Positions 1 to 10,041 of a stretch of 64,000 nt of DNA are shown one piece after another. The notes beneath the pieces are model-generated. The model searched no databases. It was not told where the DNA came from and saw only the letters and a list, made by a program, of their open reading frames with translations. The stretch is from an uncultured Prevotellaceae bacterium (GTDB lineage Bacteria > Bacteroidota > Bacteroidia > Bacteroidales > Bacteroidaceae), in NCBI GenBank assembly GCA_902800495.1, contig CADCET010000011.1, positions 4,118 to 68,117 of the forward strand. Direction: 5' to 3'. The first letter of the stretch is position 1, and each line of letters opens with the position of its first letter. The position numbers and the translations under genes were made by a program.

Positions 1-2
1 GC

Positions 3-479
3 TGTATAGCCCTTTCTGCCGTTGCGGCCTTTGGCCAACGCCAGTTTGTGGTGGTCGACGTGGAGACACGGACGCCCATCCGTGGCGTCAACGTGACGAG
101 TAGTGCCCACCGTGCTGACACCACCGACTACCAGGGTATGATCAGCGTGCCCGACTCGTGCCGTACGCTGTCGTTGACGCACGTCAAATACGAGAGTCGC
201 ATCCTGAACGTTGACGAGGTGAAGGACACGATCTTTCTCATTTCAAAACTTATGGGACTGCCCGAAGTGACCGTCTTTGGCCACGGCAAGGGCGAAGACG
301 CACTGAAAGAGCTGAAAAAACATTTAGTCCTATCAAAGACCGACGCCCAGCTTATTGCCGCTAACCCGTCGTCGGGTATCAATGTCATCGGGATTGTGGG
401 CTATGTTATCGACAAGCTGTTCAGGCGCAACAAGCTGAGCAAGAAGGAGCGGTTCAAGAAGATGCTGGAGGAGTATTAG
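3..479 (+). CDS. Secreted protein with carboxypeptidase-regulatory-like (CarboxypepD_reg) domain, 5'-truncated by the window edge
   Basis: Frame is open from the window start (CIALSAVAAFGQRQFVVVDVETRTPIRGVNV). It has the signal-peptide tail, VVD.ET..PI.GV.V and 'LPEVTV' motifs typical of this Bacteroidales domain. Confidence 0.6.
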   Translation, partial: CIALSAVAAFGQRQFVVVDVETRTPIRGVNVTSSAHRADTTDYQGMISVPDSCRTLSLTHVKYESRILNVDEVKDTIFLISKLMGLPEVTVFGHGKGEDALKELKKHLVLSKTDAQLIAANPSSGINVIGIVGYVIDKLFRRNKLSKKERFKKMLEEY

Positions 480-539
480 GAAGAAAAAAAAACGCTTCCG
501 ATTAAACCTTCGGACGCCAAAGGCATCAAAGGTGCAGTT

Positions 540-3038
540 ATGAATCGAATTCTATGGTTATTATGCACCCTATTGTGGGCTGCGGGAGTGCAGGCACAGG
601 GTACAGTGAGAGGCAAAGTACTAGACAGACAGACTGACGAAGCGCTGCAATTTGTAAACGTAAAGCTGACGAAGGACGACAAGCTGGTCCAAGGCAGTAT
701 TACCGACGTAAGCGGCTCTTTCCATTTCCAGAACGTGCCCGACGGCCAGTATCAGCTCGTAGTATCGTTCGTAGGCTACAAGACAGCAACACGCCGCGTG
801 AACGTGACGCCTCAGAACCGTCGCCACAACTTCCCCGCCCTCTATCTGAGCGAAGACTCGAAGACGCTGAAAGAGGTGCAGGTCACCGGCCAGCGCTCGC
901 AGATGAAGTTGGAGGTAGACCGCAAGACCTTCTCGGTAGACAATGTGCTGGCTGCTGCCGGCGGCAACGCTACCGAACTGTTAGAACAGATTCCCAGCAT
1001 CGAGGTGACTACCGACGGCGAAATATCGCTGCGCGGCAACAGCAGCGTCGAGGTGTGGATTAACGGCAAGGCCAGCGGCATGACCAGCGACAACCGCTAC
1101 GACATCTTGCAGCAGATTCCCGCCGAGAGCATCGAACGCGTGGAAGTCATCGACAACCCTTCGGCGAAGTTCTCGGCCGAAGGTTCTGCCGGCATCATCA
1201 ACATCATCCTGAAGCGCGACCGCAAGGCCGGCTACTACGGTTCGCTGCGTGCCGGCGTCGACACGCGCGGCGGCTGGAACACCGGCGCTAACCTGAACTA
1301 CAGCAGCGGCCTCATCGAAGCCTACGGCAACATTGGCTACCGCGCCCGTCGCGGTGGCGGCGGCTCGGAGAGCGAACAGGAGTACCTGCAGACGCGCCAG
1401 TATCAGCGCTACTATAGCGAGAGCGACAACCGCGGCGGCGGACTCTTCGGCCGTATGGGCCTGACGTGGCACCTCACAGAGAAAGACGACATCACCGTGA
1501 GCGGCATGGCGATGCGCGGCAACAACAAGAGCGACAACGAGACGCCCTACCACTACGGCACTATCGGCGCACCGCAGGACAGCTACGTCATGACCCGTAC
1601 CACACATAACGACGGCCAGAACCGGATGTTGCATGGCGAATTAGGCTACGACCATAACTGGAGCGACAAGCACACGCTGAAGTTCGTCTTCTCGGCCAAC
1701 AAGTGGAAGAGCGACAACGACAACATCTACCAGGACCGCACCGTCAGGTATACTGCTGTGCCACAGCAGTCGTCAGAGACGAGCATCTACCAGTATCGCC
1801 CGACGTTCACCAACAACCACAGCTTCGAGACCCGCCTGGAATACGAGAACCAGATAACGGACAACTTCAAGATAGAGGCTGGCTACAACGGCAATTTCTC
1901 GCACGACGACACGCCACAGGAGTCGTGGGTAGACTCCGTGAACTGGGACGGCAGTAACCGTCAGGAGGAACGCACTTTCTACAACCACTTCATCTACGAC
2001 AACAATATCCACGCCCTCTACCTGACCGTCAACACGAAGTTCTGGAACAAGCTCGGCGTCATGGCGGGCTTGCGCGGCGAGTACTGGCATGTAGACACCG
2101 AGAGCCTTGACTGGTATCAGGAACGCGACCTGCAGCCAAAGAATCCCGCCTTCAAGAAGGACTACTTCCAGCTGTTCCCCTCGCTCTTCCTGAGCTACGA
2201 GCTGACGGAGACCGCCCAGCTGCAGCTTAACTACACACGGCGCCTGCGCCGGCCCTGGGGCGGACAGCTCAACTCGTTCAAGAACACCCGCGACGCCACG
2301 ATGGTAGAGTTCGGCAACCCCGAACTGACACCGGAATTCTCGAACTCGTTCTCGCTGAACTTCCTCAAGACATGGCCGGAACACACGCTGAGCATCTCAA
2401 CCTACTACCGCCCGACGACCGACGTCATCCAGCGTATCCGCTATCAGGGCAACGACGGCGTGATGTACTCCACCAACGAGAATGTGGCCAAGAACCAGCG
2501 CGCCGGCATAGAGCTTATCATGAAGGACAAGTTCTTCCGTATACTCGACCTGACGACCACGCTGAACGGCTATTACTACAAGCTCGATGCCTTCAACTAC
2601 GTGATTAACGGTCAGACCATCATCGGCGAGAGCGACGAAAACTTCTCATGGGACGCCCGCATGTTAGCATCGTTCATCCTGCCTTATGACATCTCGCTAC
2701 AGGCAACGGGCAACTACCGCTCGCGCGGCGTCATCACCCAGGGCTACCGCAAGGCCAACGGCTCGCTCGACTTAGGACTCAGGAAAACGTTCTTCAACAA
2801 GGCACTGGCACTGGCCATCAACTGGCGCGACGTGTTCAACACCCGCCACTGGAAGACCTACACGTCGTCAGACACTTTTACGCGGTATCAGGAGAACTGG
2901 CGCGACCCGCGCGTGAACTTCACACTGACGTGGAACTTCGGCAATATGGCAGGAAACAAGAAGAAAAAGCGCGACGACGATGACGACGAGCGCGGTACCG
3001 ACGACGAGCAGCGGAACTTCGACAGTTTCCAGGAGTAA
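540..3038 (+). CDS. TonB-dependent receptor / outer-membrane beta-barrel protein with N-terminal CarboxypepD_reg domain
   Basis: Signal peptide, G.V.D..T.E.L.FVNV, plug motif 'IERVEVIDNPSAKFSAEGSAGIINIILK', 'GNPELTPEFS', and C-terminal beta strands. Confidence 0.9.
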   Translation: MNRILWLLCTLLWAAGVQAQGTVRGKVLDRQTDEALQFVNVKLTKDDKLVQGSITDVSGSFHFQNVPDGQYQLVVSFVGYKTATRRVNVTPQNRRHNFPALYLSEDSKTLKEVQVTGQRSQMKLEVDRKTFSVDNVLAAAGGNATELLEQIPSIEVTTDGEISLRGNSSVEVWINGKASGMTSDNRYDILQQIPAESIERVEVIDNPSAKFSAEGSAGIINIILKRDRKAGYYGSLRAGVDTRGGWNTGANLNYSSGLIEAYGNIGYRARRGGGGSESEQEYLQTRQYQRYYSESDNRGGGLFGRMGLTWHLTEKDDITVSGMAMRGNNKSDNETPYHYGTIGAPQDSYVMTRTTHNDGQNRMLHGELGYDHNWSDKHTLKFVFSANKWKSDNDNIYQDRTVRYTAVPQQSSETSIYQYRPTFTNNHSFETRLEYENQITDNFKIEAGYNGNFSHDDTPQESWVDSVNWDGSNRQEERTFYNHFIYDNNIHALYLTVNTKFWNKLGVMAGLRGEYWHVDTESLDWYQERDLQPKNPAFKKDYFQLFPSLFLSYELTETAQLQLNYTRRLRRPWGGQLNSFKNTRDATMVEFGNPELTPEFSNSFSLNFLKTWPEHTLSISTYYRPTTDVIQRIRYQGNDGVMYSTNENVAKNQRAGIELIMKDKFFRILDLTTTLNGYYYKLDAFNYVINGQTIIGESDENFSWDARMLASFILPYDISLQATGNYRSRGVITQGYRKANGSLDLGLRKTFFNKALALAINWRDVFNTRHWKTYTSSDTFTRYQENWRDPRVNFTLTWNFGNMAGNKKKKRDDDDDERGTDDEQRNFDSFQE
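1752..1770. repeat. REP-like palindrome inside the TonB receptor CDS
   Basis: actgctgtg-c-cacagcagt, a 9-bp perfect stem. Its core gctgtgccacagc is the reverse complement of the gctgtggcacagc core at 25996, 26604 and 32191. Confidence 0.5.
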
Positions 3039-3070
3039 AACCGGCCTCTCAAAAATTTTTTCTTTCCCGT

Positions 3071-3098
3071 TGCAATGTTTCTGTTGTCTTCTGCGTAT
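3071..3098 (+). promoter_or_regulatory. Candidate ECF-type autoregulatory promoter
   Basis: tgcaat-N17-cgtat upstream of the ECF sigma gene. Spacing matches tgtagt-N17-cgtct at 12937-12964, upstream of the second ECF gene. Confidence 0.35.
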
Positions 3099-3123
3099 AT
3101 ATAAGTAGAAGACCTAATCAATC

Positions 3124-3681
3124 ATGACCGAAACAGACATAGACCTGATAGAGGGACTGCGCAAGCAAAAACCCAAAACACAGCGAGCAATGCTCGACCG
3201 CTACGGCCGCGACGTCTTTGCACAAGTGGCAAGACTGGTGCCTGGCGTTGAGAATGCCGAAGAGGTGTATCAGGATGTCTTCATCAAGGTCTTCGCCCAC
3301 ATCAGGGAGTATGACGCCGAGCGGTCGGCGCTCAAGACGTGGATCTCGCGCATCGCTTACAACGAGGCCATCAGCTACCTGAGACGGAAGAGCCAGCCAG
3401 TGGTCTACTACGAAGACCGCAACGGCGAAGCCGACAAGCTGTCGGATGCCGAGGTGAACGAGACTTTCGGACGGCCCAATGCCGAGACGGTGCAACTCAT
3501 CAGGGCAGCCCTGAAGCACCTGCCACCCGACGAACGGGCCATCGTCACGATGTTCTACTACGAGGAAATGAGTCTGAAGGAGATTGCTTACGTGACGGAG
3601 TCGATACCTACTACGGTGGCTTCGAAACTGTGCAGAACGAGAAAGAAACTATACAAAATCATTAAAATGCTACAATCATGA
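3124..3681 (+). CDS. ECF RNA polymerase sigma factor
   Basis: Region 2 'AEEVYQDVFIKVF...LKTWISRIAYN' and region 4 'LPPDERAIVTMFYYEEMSLKEIA'. Confidence 0.92.
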   Translation: MTETDIDLIEGLRKQKPKTQRAMLDRYGRDVFAQVARLVPGVENAEEVYQDVFIKVFAHIREYDAERSALKTWISRIAYNEAISYLRRKSQPVVYYEDRNGEADKLSDAEVNETFGRPNAETVQLIRAALKHLPPDERAIVTMFYYEEMSLKEIAYVTESIPTTVASKLCRTRKKLYKIIKMLQS

Positions 3682-4361
3682 TAGAAGAGGAACTTAACAC
3701 CTTACAACAGCAGGACAGCGCCCTGCGCGACGCCCTCAGGCTTGACGAGGCCGAGCTGCCGCAGATGCCGGCCGACCTGAACGCCAGGGTGATGGGAAAG
3801 GCCCATCTTCATGTCACGGAGGGGAGTAGTCACCACAAGATCCGGAGGCTTTGGCCGTGGGTAGCGGCAGCCTGCGTAGCTGGTGTGATGATGCTACTGC
3901 CAACACAGCAAAAGGACACGACGGAAGAGAAAGTCACGGCCAAAATAGAGCGAAAAGAAGTGAAGCCGAAGAAGGAAGCCCCACAGCCCAAGGCGCCCCA
4001 AAAAGCAGAGCCCAAGAAGGAGCAGAGCGTTCCGGAGAAACGCAAGAAGCAGGTGCGTCGCCCTACTATCATCGAACGTCACTTAGTGGCCCAGCAAGCA
4101 GCACCTGTGGAAGAAGCGGTGAAAGAGACGCCCGCCCAGCCCCAAGGAGAGTTAGCCCAGGCCGCTATGCCAAGCGCCAAGAGTGGGACAAAGACGCTGA
4201 CGGAGCACGACATACCCATCACCCGTCCTGAGAACTACAAGTACACCCCCGAAGAGTTGGCACAGCTACGCAAACAGGCTAACGAAGCCTACCTGAAATG
4301 GGTGGAACTGGAACTCGAAATCTCTAAGAACAACTTACAACAAACAGCCCAACAAGAATAA
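3678..4361 (+). CDS. Putative anti-sigma membrane protein
   Basis: ATGA overlap with the sigma gene, single TM segment 'LWPWVAAACVAGVMMLL', then a K/E/P-rich linker. Confidence 0.65.
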   Translation: MIEEELNTLQQQDSALRDALRLDEAELPQMPADLNARVMGKAHLHVTEGSSHHKIRRLWPWVAAACVAGVMMLLPTQQKDTTEEKVTAKIERKEVKPKKEAPQPKAPQKAEPKKEQSVPEKRKKQVRRPTIIERHLVAQQAAPVEEAVKETPAQPQGELAQAAMPSAKSGTKTLTEHDIPITRPENYKYTPEELAQLRKQANEAYLKWVELELEISKNNLQQTAQQE

Positions 4362-4375
4362 AAAAACTAACCATT

Positions 4376-5917
4376 ATGAAACGCATCGTCATCATGCTGC
4401 TCATTGCCTGCAGCGCAACATTAACCGCCAGTGCCCAACAGAAGGCCAAGAACGACAATACGCCTTACAACGTCAAGGCCCTGTTCTGGGATTTTATTAA
4501 GTCGTGGGGAAATCCTTCCCCAGAAGTCTATTCGGTGAACAGGAACCCCAACACCAACCAGATTGAGTCGAGCGTCAAGATTACCTATTTTGTCGCCAAT
4601 GTCAACACCGGCACTGTGCGACAGAACATGTCTGCCATCGGCGAAGCATTCCGAAAGGACGAGCCAAAGGGCTATCAGATACTGCATCTGGCTCCCGGCA
4701 ACAATGAGACGTTCTCACTGAAGGCCGTCAACGAAAACGGACAGAGCGCCACCTACCCCATCCGTATGAGCAAGGACGAGGAGATGTGGCTCCTCTGCAC
4801 CAAGAACCAGGAGAACCCCATGCTGCGCGATGCCTACGCCATCAAGTGGGAGCTCAACGACAACAAGAGCAAGGCCCTCGGCGCCATCTATGAGATCACC
4901 TCGCTGCGCCCCGACTACTACGAGCAGAACATGAGCGCCGGCATCTTCAACAGCAACCGGTCCACGACCGCCAAGACGTTCAAGATTGTGGGACGTGTAG
5001 ACGAGAATATCAAGGACTCGCTATACAACATCTACATCGCTGAGACGGGCGCCGACCTCGCCAACATCGGCGACGACGACTACATTGCCTGCGTACCCGT
5101 CATCAACAAGCGCTTTGAGTGGCAGACAGAACTCGACCACCGCTGCGTAGGCCGCTTGCGCTGCATCTTCCCCGACGGAGAACTCTGCCCTGCGTGGATC
5201 AATCTCGACTTCGTACCGGGCGAAACCTATAACATCACCATTCATAACGGCTGGTTCGACGGGGATCAGGACTACGAGCGCCGTGTGGGGCGCTACTCAG
5301 GCAAGAGCCTGCTGAATGCACGTCAAAGTGCTGGAAACGACGATATCACGGGCCAAGAGGTCGTTGCTGACACCGTACAAATAATCGACGGAGTAGAGTT
5401 TGTAGAACCCGAGAACCAGTGGGGAGCCCAAGCGGTGCCTGTAACAACCCCGTCAGACGGTGATGCAAAAACAATCTGGAGAAAATCCATTTCGCCTCAG
5501 AAGCAAGCCGAAATCATGCAGAAGGGACGAGTTTTCGAATGGAGCGTCGAGAATGTCAAGAACGCCTATCTGCTATTGGGAGGACTCAAGGGAGACTCGC
5601 CCTTCGACTACAGCAACGACGCTTATACCAAAAATATATATAAGGAGATTATCCAGCGCAATAAGGAAATGGACAAGAATTTCCACGACCTCCTAAAGAC
5701 GATAGAAGCGCTGAACCCGCCTCGTGAGGATCTGTTAGAGCTCTATGGCGAAGCCTACAAAAATGTGCTGGCTAACCTCACCGAACAGAACAAAGCCTTC
5801 AACGAAATCTACAAGAAGACCGGCAAATTGACGAAGGCCGCACAGAACGCACAGAACTACATCAACAAGCTCACCGAGAAATACATGAAGGAGGCGAGCA
5901 AGCTTATGGCTCACTAA
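4376..5917 (+). CDS. Secreted hypothetical protein, probably in the ECF operon
   Basis: 513-aa ORF with signal peptide (MKRIVIMLLIACSATLTASAQ) and host-like codon usage. No recognised catalytic motif. Confidence 0.7.
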   Translation: MKRIVIMLLIACSATLTASAQQKAKNDNTPYNVKALFWDFIKSWGNPSPEVYSVNRNPNTNQIESSVKITYFVANVNTGTVRQNMSAIGEAFRKDEPKGYQILHLAPGNNETFSLKAVNENGQSATYPIRMSKDEEMWLLCTKNQENPMLRDAYAIKWELNDNKSKALGAIYEITSLRPDYYEQNMSAGIFNSNRSTTAKTFKIVGRVDENIKDSLYNIYIAETGADLANIGDDDYIACVPVINKRFEWQTELDHRCVGRLRCIFPDGELCPAWINLDFVPGETYNITIHNGWFDGDQDYERRVGRYSGKSLLNARQSAGNDDITGQEVVADTVQIIDGVEFVEPENQWGAQAVPVTTPSDGDAKTIWRKSISPQKQAEIMQKGRVFEWSVENVKNAYLLLGGLKGDSPFDYSNDAYTKNIYKEIIQRNKEMDKNFHDLLKTIEALNPPREDLLELYGEAYKNVLANLTEQNKAFNEIYKKTGKLTKAAQNAQNYINKLTEKYMKEASKLMAH

Positions 5918-6728
5918 GCACACGGTCTACACTACCGGTCTGCAACAGGAGACGCTCGGCCTCGTCGTAGGGGATGCCGAGCGTCTCCTGTATCATTCGC
6001 GTGCCACGGTCGACAAGCTTCGCATTGGTCAGCTGCATCTTGACCATACGGTTTCCCTCAACGCGTCCCATACGAATCATCAGGGTTGTGGAAATCATGT
6101 TGAGTACCATCTTCTGCGCCGTCCCGCTCTTCATACGGCTGCTACCCGTCACAAACTCTGGACCGACGATGGTCTCAACGGGATAGTCGACCGCATCGGC
6201 CAACGGCGTATGAGGGTTGCTGGTGATGCAACCCGTCAGCAGTCCGTGCTTCCGCGCCTCGCTGACGGCTCCGATAACGTAGGGGGTGGTGCCGGAAGCG
6301 GCGATGCCTATGACGGAGTCGTTGGAGCTGTCGCTGCTGCGGCGCCGCAGCACAGCGGAAAGGTCGCGCCAGCCTTGCTCGGCAACGTCCTCGGCTTTCT
6401 CGACGGCACAGCGCAGTGCTTCGTCGCCTCCGGCGATGATGCCCACCACCCAGTCGGCAGGCACGCCAAACGTTGGTGGCAGTTCGCTGGCATCGAGCAC
6501 GCCCAACCGGCCACTGGTGCCTGCACCCACATAGAACAACCGGCCGCCACGCTTCATCCTCGGCTCAATGGCTTCCACCAGAGCCTCAATCTGCGGCAGC
6601 GCCTTTTGCACAGCCTCAGCCACCAGCGCATCCTCTTCATTGATGTGCTGCAGCAGTTCTGCTATGGGCATCTGTTCGAGATGGTCGTAGCGTGAGGGCT
6701 GTTCGGTAATCTTATCTTCTTGCGTCAC
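5904..6728 (-). CDS. murQ: N-acetylmuramic acid 6-phosphate etherase
   Basis: 'GRLFYVGAGTSGRLGVLDASELPPTFG', 'GIAASGTTPYV', 'GPEFVTGSSRMKSGTAQKMVLNMIST'. Probable start is GTG at 6728. Confidence 0.95.
   Translation of the reverse strand: MTQEDKITEQPSRYDHLEQMPIAELLQHINEEDALVAEAVQKALPQIEALVEAIEPRMKRGGRLFYVGAGTSGRLGVLDASELPPTFGVPADWVVGIIAGGDEALRCAVEKAEDVAEQGWRDLSAVLRRRSSDSSNDSVIGIAASGTTPYVIGAVSEARKHGLLTGCITSNPHTPLADAVDYPVETIVGPEFVTGSSRMKSGTAQKMVLNMISTTLMIRMGRVEGNRMVKMQLTNAKLVDRGTRMIQETLGIPYDEAERLLLQTGSVDRVLSEP
6335..6352. repeat. Perfect 18-bp palindrome inside murQ
   Basis: tgctgcggc|gccgcagca, encoding the atypical segment AVLRRRSS before 'NDSVIGIAASG'. Confidence 0.5.
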
Positions 6729-6754
6729 GGCTGCAAAAAAAAGAAAAATCTGTT

Positions 6755-9091
6755 TTACAATTTGTTTCTGACAATTCTCATCAGCTCGGCTGAGGGTTCG
6801 GGAGCGCCAGCTACGGGCAGCAGGTACCAACGAACAGTCCAATTAAGCTGTTCGTGAGGTTTTAGGGTGGTGTAGGCACCTTGACTCTCCAGTTCGATGA
6901 AGGTCTTGCCGCGGTTCACGTATACCTGTATCTCAGCTTCGCCAGGAGCCGGCTGAGAAGGTGTCAGGTCGTCGAAAATCTTCAGGAGCAGCAGGCCGTT
7001 GTTGTAATAGGCATACCAGCCCTTGCCGTCGGCATTAATCTTGCGGTTCTCACCGGTCTCGTCCGTCTGATACCACACAGCACCATGAGCAGACTTGAAG
7101 GGCATCATGCCTGTGGGCGTAATGCCATCCAAAGGAGCATCGAAGAAGATGACACCACCCTCGTTGGCCACACGGGTAATCTCCCAAGGGGCCACCTGAC
7201 GCGTCTCGTCGCTCTCATTGATAATAGAATAGTTGATGATGATTGAGTTATCCTTCTCATCGATGCTGATCGCCTTACGGACACGGTACTTCAGCTTTTC
7301 AGACACCTCGCTGGTCATGATGAGACGGCCATCAAGTTCCTCTACCTGATAGGGCATCTTGTCGAACTCTTGAACGGGTGGCCAGTTCCACTCTTTTTGC
7401 GGACTTGTCCAGAAGGTGCTTCCAAAGGATTCAGGTGCCGTCTGTTGCGAGATGACCTCCTGCCCTTTGTATTTCAGCGACATAATTTTTCCGCCCTTCG
7501 TGGGATAGACGGTCATTGTGACATCGCCCACCTTGATTTGCCGGCTGCTTTGACGGGCACGGAAATCGTCGAGTTGCTGGAAGCAATGCTTGTCGATAAT
7601 CTGTTCCAGACGGCGGTCAGGATTATTGCGAATGACACACTGATGGTCAAACACCATCAGCTCGCCGTTCTCTGCCGTATAAGGATGCCACGCAGGGAGA
7701 CCGTCGACGTTAGGATTACCGTTGTGGGCAAACTGCGCCCACACGCTACTCATAGTGTCGGCCAGACGAAGGTCAGCCTCGGACGGCTGCGGCAGTTCGT
7801 TGGCTGCCTGATGGAGCGTGTTGAAACAAAACTTCAGCTCGTGACCGTGAACGCTACCCTTGTTCACAGGCGACCGCCAGGTGAACATATACATATAGGT
7901 TGGGGCCTGACGCGTCGTGCTGATGGCATCGGCGGTAATGATGGTCTTGGGACGGAATAGCCAGTCGATGCTCAACAGATCCTGTGGCGAGTGGTCGGGA
8001 TAAGCCTCATCAAAAGCCTTGAGATAGATAGTGGCATCGAAGCCGAAGGTTCTGAACAACTCGCGACGGGCTTCATCCTGAGTCATTGGCTGGTCGTAAC
8101 GCAGACGCTGCAACTCGTTGAACGTCGTGCCGATAAGGATAGGGATGTTGTCGCTGATGCTGGCAAATCCCGGCTGGAACGGCTGCTGTAGCAGTGTCTC
8201 ACCATCGGGCGTAGGACCAAAGCCCCACATCATCGGCGTGCCGGGCTTGCGAGTACCGATGCTGGCAGCCATAGCCCGCTGACCAGCAGCGTAGAGCGTA
8301 TCGTATGGAACTGTTTTTATGTCTTCAATATGCGCAGCGTCGATATTCAGTTCCTTCAGTACGGCCTGTCCCAGTTCTTCGGTCATCTGCTTCGTGTTGA
8401 CGTTAAGGATGGTGCCGCTCATAATGATAGCCTTATGGAAGAGTCCCTTGGCTTGCGGCATACAGAGCAACGTACCCACCTTACCGCCGCCACCCGACTC
8501 ACCGAAGATGGTGACGTTCGTAGGGTCGCCACCAAACTGGCGGATATTCTTCTGCACCCATTGCAAGGCCTGTATCACATCAAACATCCCCACATTGCCA
8601 GAGTATTTATACTTTTCACCACATACCGAGAGGTCAAGGAAGCCGAGGATATTAAGCCGGTGGTTCACGCTCACCACGACAACATCCTTTTTGGCCAGCT
8701 GCATACCCGGGTTCCATGCCGACGTGCCTGAGTCGAAGCCACCTCCATGCAGCCACACCATCACAGGCTTCGAGGCTTTGGTGCTTGTCGTCCATACATT
8801 CAGCACACAGCATTGCTCCGACATTTCTGCCTCGCTAAGCTTACGTCCCCACGTGTTCTGCATCGCCTGCGGTCCCCAATGGTCGCACACGCGGACAACA
8901 TCCCACTTGTCCACAGGCTTAGGCGGCATAAAACGCTCCACCTTCGCATAGGGAATACCAAGAAAAGCCATCGATCCTTCCTGGTCGATACCCTTTACCG
9001 GTCCCGACTCCGTCCTGACGACCATCGGGGCTTGTGCCATACCAGCCAAAGACGTCAGCACGGCCAGCATAAGGAATAGTCTACTCTTCAT
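6755..9091 (-). CDS. Type-B carboxylesterase fused to a C-terminal ~260-aa beta-sandwich (mutarotase/DUF4380-like) domain
   Basis: 'FLGIPYA', 'PVMVWLHGGGF', catalytic 'FGESGGG', 'HGHEL'. Signal peptide begins at MKSRLF. The extra C-terminal domain starts near 'GGKIMSLKYKGQE'. Confidence 0.85.
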   Translation of the reverse strand: MKSRLFLMLAVLTSLAGMAQAPMVVRTESGPVKGIDQEGSMAFLGIPYAKVERFMPPKPVDKWDVVRVCDHWGPQAMQNTWGRKLSEAEMSEQCCVLNVWTTSTKASKPVMVWLHGGGFDSGTSAWNPGMQLAKKDVVVVSVNHRLNILGFLDLSVCGEKYKYSGNVGMFDVIQALQWVQKNIRQFGGDPTNVTIFGESGGGGKVGTLLCMPQAKGLFHKAIIMSGTILNVNTKQMTEELGQAVLKELNIDAAHIEDIKTVPYDTLYAAGQRAMAASIGTRKPGTPMMWGFGPTPDGETLLQQPFQPGFASISDNIPILIGTTFNELQRLRYDQPMTQDEARRELFRTFGFDATIYLKAFDEAYPDHSPQDLLSIDWLFRPKTIITADAISTTRQAPTYMYMFTWRSPVNKGSVHGHELKFCFNTLHQAANELPQPSEADLRLADTMSSVWAQFAHNGNPNVDGLPAWHPYTAENGELMVFDHQCVIRNNPDRRLEQIIDKHCFQQLDDFRARQSSRQIKVGDVTMTVYPTKGGKIMSLKYKGQEVISQQTAPESFGSTFWTSPQKEWNWPPVQEFDKMPYQVEELDGRLIMTSEVSEKLKYRVRKAISIDEKDNSIIINYSIINESDETRQVAPWEITRVANEGGVIFFDAPLDGITPTGMMPFKSAHGAVWYQTDETGENRKINADGKGWYAYYNNGLLLLKIFDDLTPSQPAPGEAEIQVYVNRGKTFIELESQGAYTTLKPHEQLNWTVRWYLLPVAGAPEPSAELMRIVRNKL

Positions 9092-9130
9092 AACTTCTAC
9101 AGATTGCTTCAAGTTGATTACTTTTGCGCA

Positions 9131-9230
9131 CAAAATTACACATTTCTTTTGGAATATCATCATTCAAAAGGAAATAACACAGTTCTTGGGGCTTGTTTTT
9201 TGCGTAAATGGATAAATATTCCTACCTTTG
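9131..9230. promoter_or_regulatory. Divergent Bacteroidetes sigmaA -7 elements
   Basis: TAATTTTG on the minus strand (9138-9131) and TACCTTTG on the plus strand (9223-9230), both matching TAnnTTTG. Confidence 0.6.
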
Positions 9231-9237
9231 CACCACA

Positions 9238-10029
9238 ATGAAGCAACCACAACTGGATTTTTACGATATGGGCACTGGCGTGACGGCCTTCAGCAGTACA
9301 CGTCACGGAGGCAGCAGCAAAGGCAACTATGCCGCGTTTAACATCAATCGCTATTGTGGCGACGACGAGGAGGCTATCCGCCAAAACCGTGAGGCGCTAT
9401 GCCAAATGCTGGGCATCAGCGACGACCGCCTGATTATGCCACACCAGGTACACCTGACGAAAATGGCAAGAATCGACGAGGCATTCTTATTGATGAACGC
9501 TGCAAAAAGGCAAGAAACGTTAGAGGGTGTCGATGCACTGATGACAGACCTCAAGGACGTGTGCATCGGCGTGTCGACAGCAGACTGTATCCCCGTGCTG
9601 CTGTCTGACCACGAACATCATGCTCTCTGCGCCATCCACGCAGGGTGGCGAGGCACGGTCAGGCGCATCGTCGTCAGGGCTGTTGAAGCAATGACAGAGG
9701 CCTACGGCACACGCCCCAACCAACTCATTGCCCAGATAGGCCCCGGCATCCATCTCGACAGCTTCGAGGTGGGCGACGAGGTCTACGATGCCTTCGCTCA
9801 CGCAGGATTCGATATGTCTGCCATCAGCATCAAGAAAGAGAAGTGGCACATCGACCTGCCCGCGTGCAATCGTCTGCAGCTTGTCGCCTCAGGCTTGCTG
9901 CCGCAAAACATCAACGTCTCACCCGTCTGCACCTACAAGCAAGCCGCCGACTACTTCTCCGCCCGCCGTTTAGGCATCAACAGCGGCCGCATCTTCACGG
10001 GCTGCATATGCACCCTCGGAAAGGAGTAA
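9238..10029 (+). CDS. pgeF: Peptidoglycan editing factor PgeF / YfiH-like
   Basis: 'STRHGG', 'HQVH', 'VDALMT', 'STADCIPVLL', 'AIHAGWRGT', 'IGPGI...FEVG', 'YFSARR'. Confidence 0.9.
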   Translation: MKQPQLDFYDMGTGVTAFSSTRHGGSSKGNYAAFNINRYCGDDEEAIRQNREALCQMLGISDDRLIMPHQVHLTKMARIDEAFLLMNAAKRQETLEGVDALMTDLKDVCIGVSTADCIPVLLSDHEHHALCAIHAGWRGTVRRIVVRAVEAMTEAYGTRPNQLIAQIGPGIHLDSFEVGDEVYDAFAHAGFDMSAISIKKEKWHIDLPACNRLQLVASGLLPQNINVSPVCTYKQAADYFSARRLGINSGRIFTGCICTLGKE

Positions 10030-10041
10030 TAGATTTAACAT

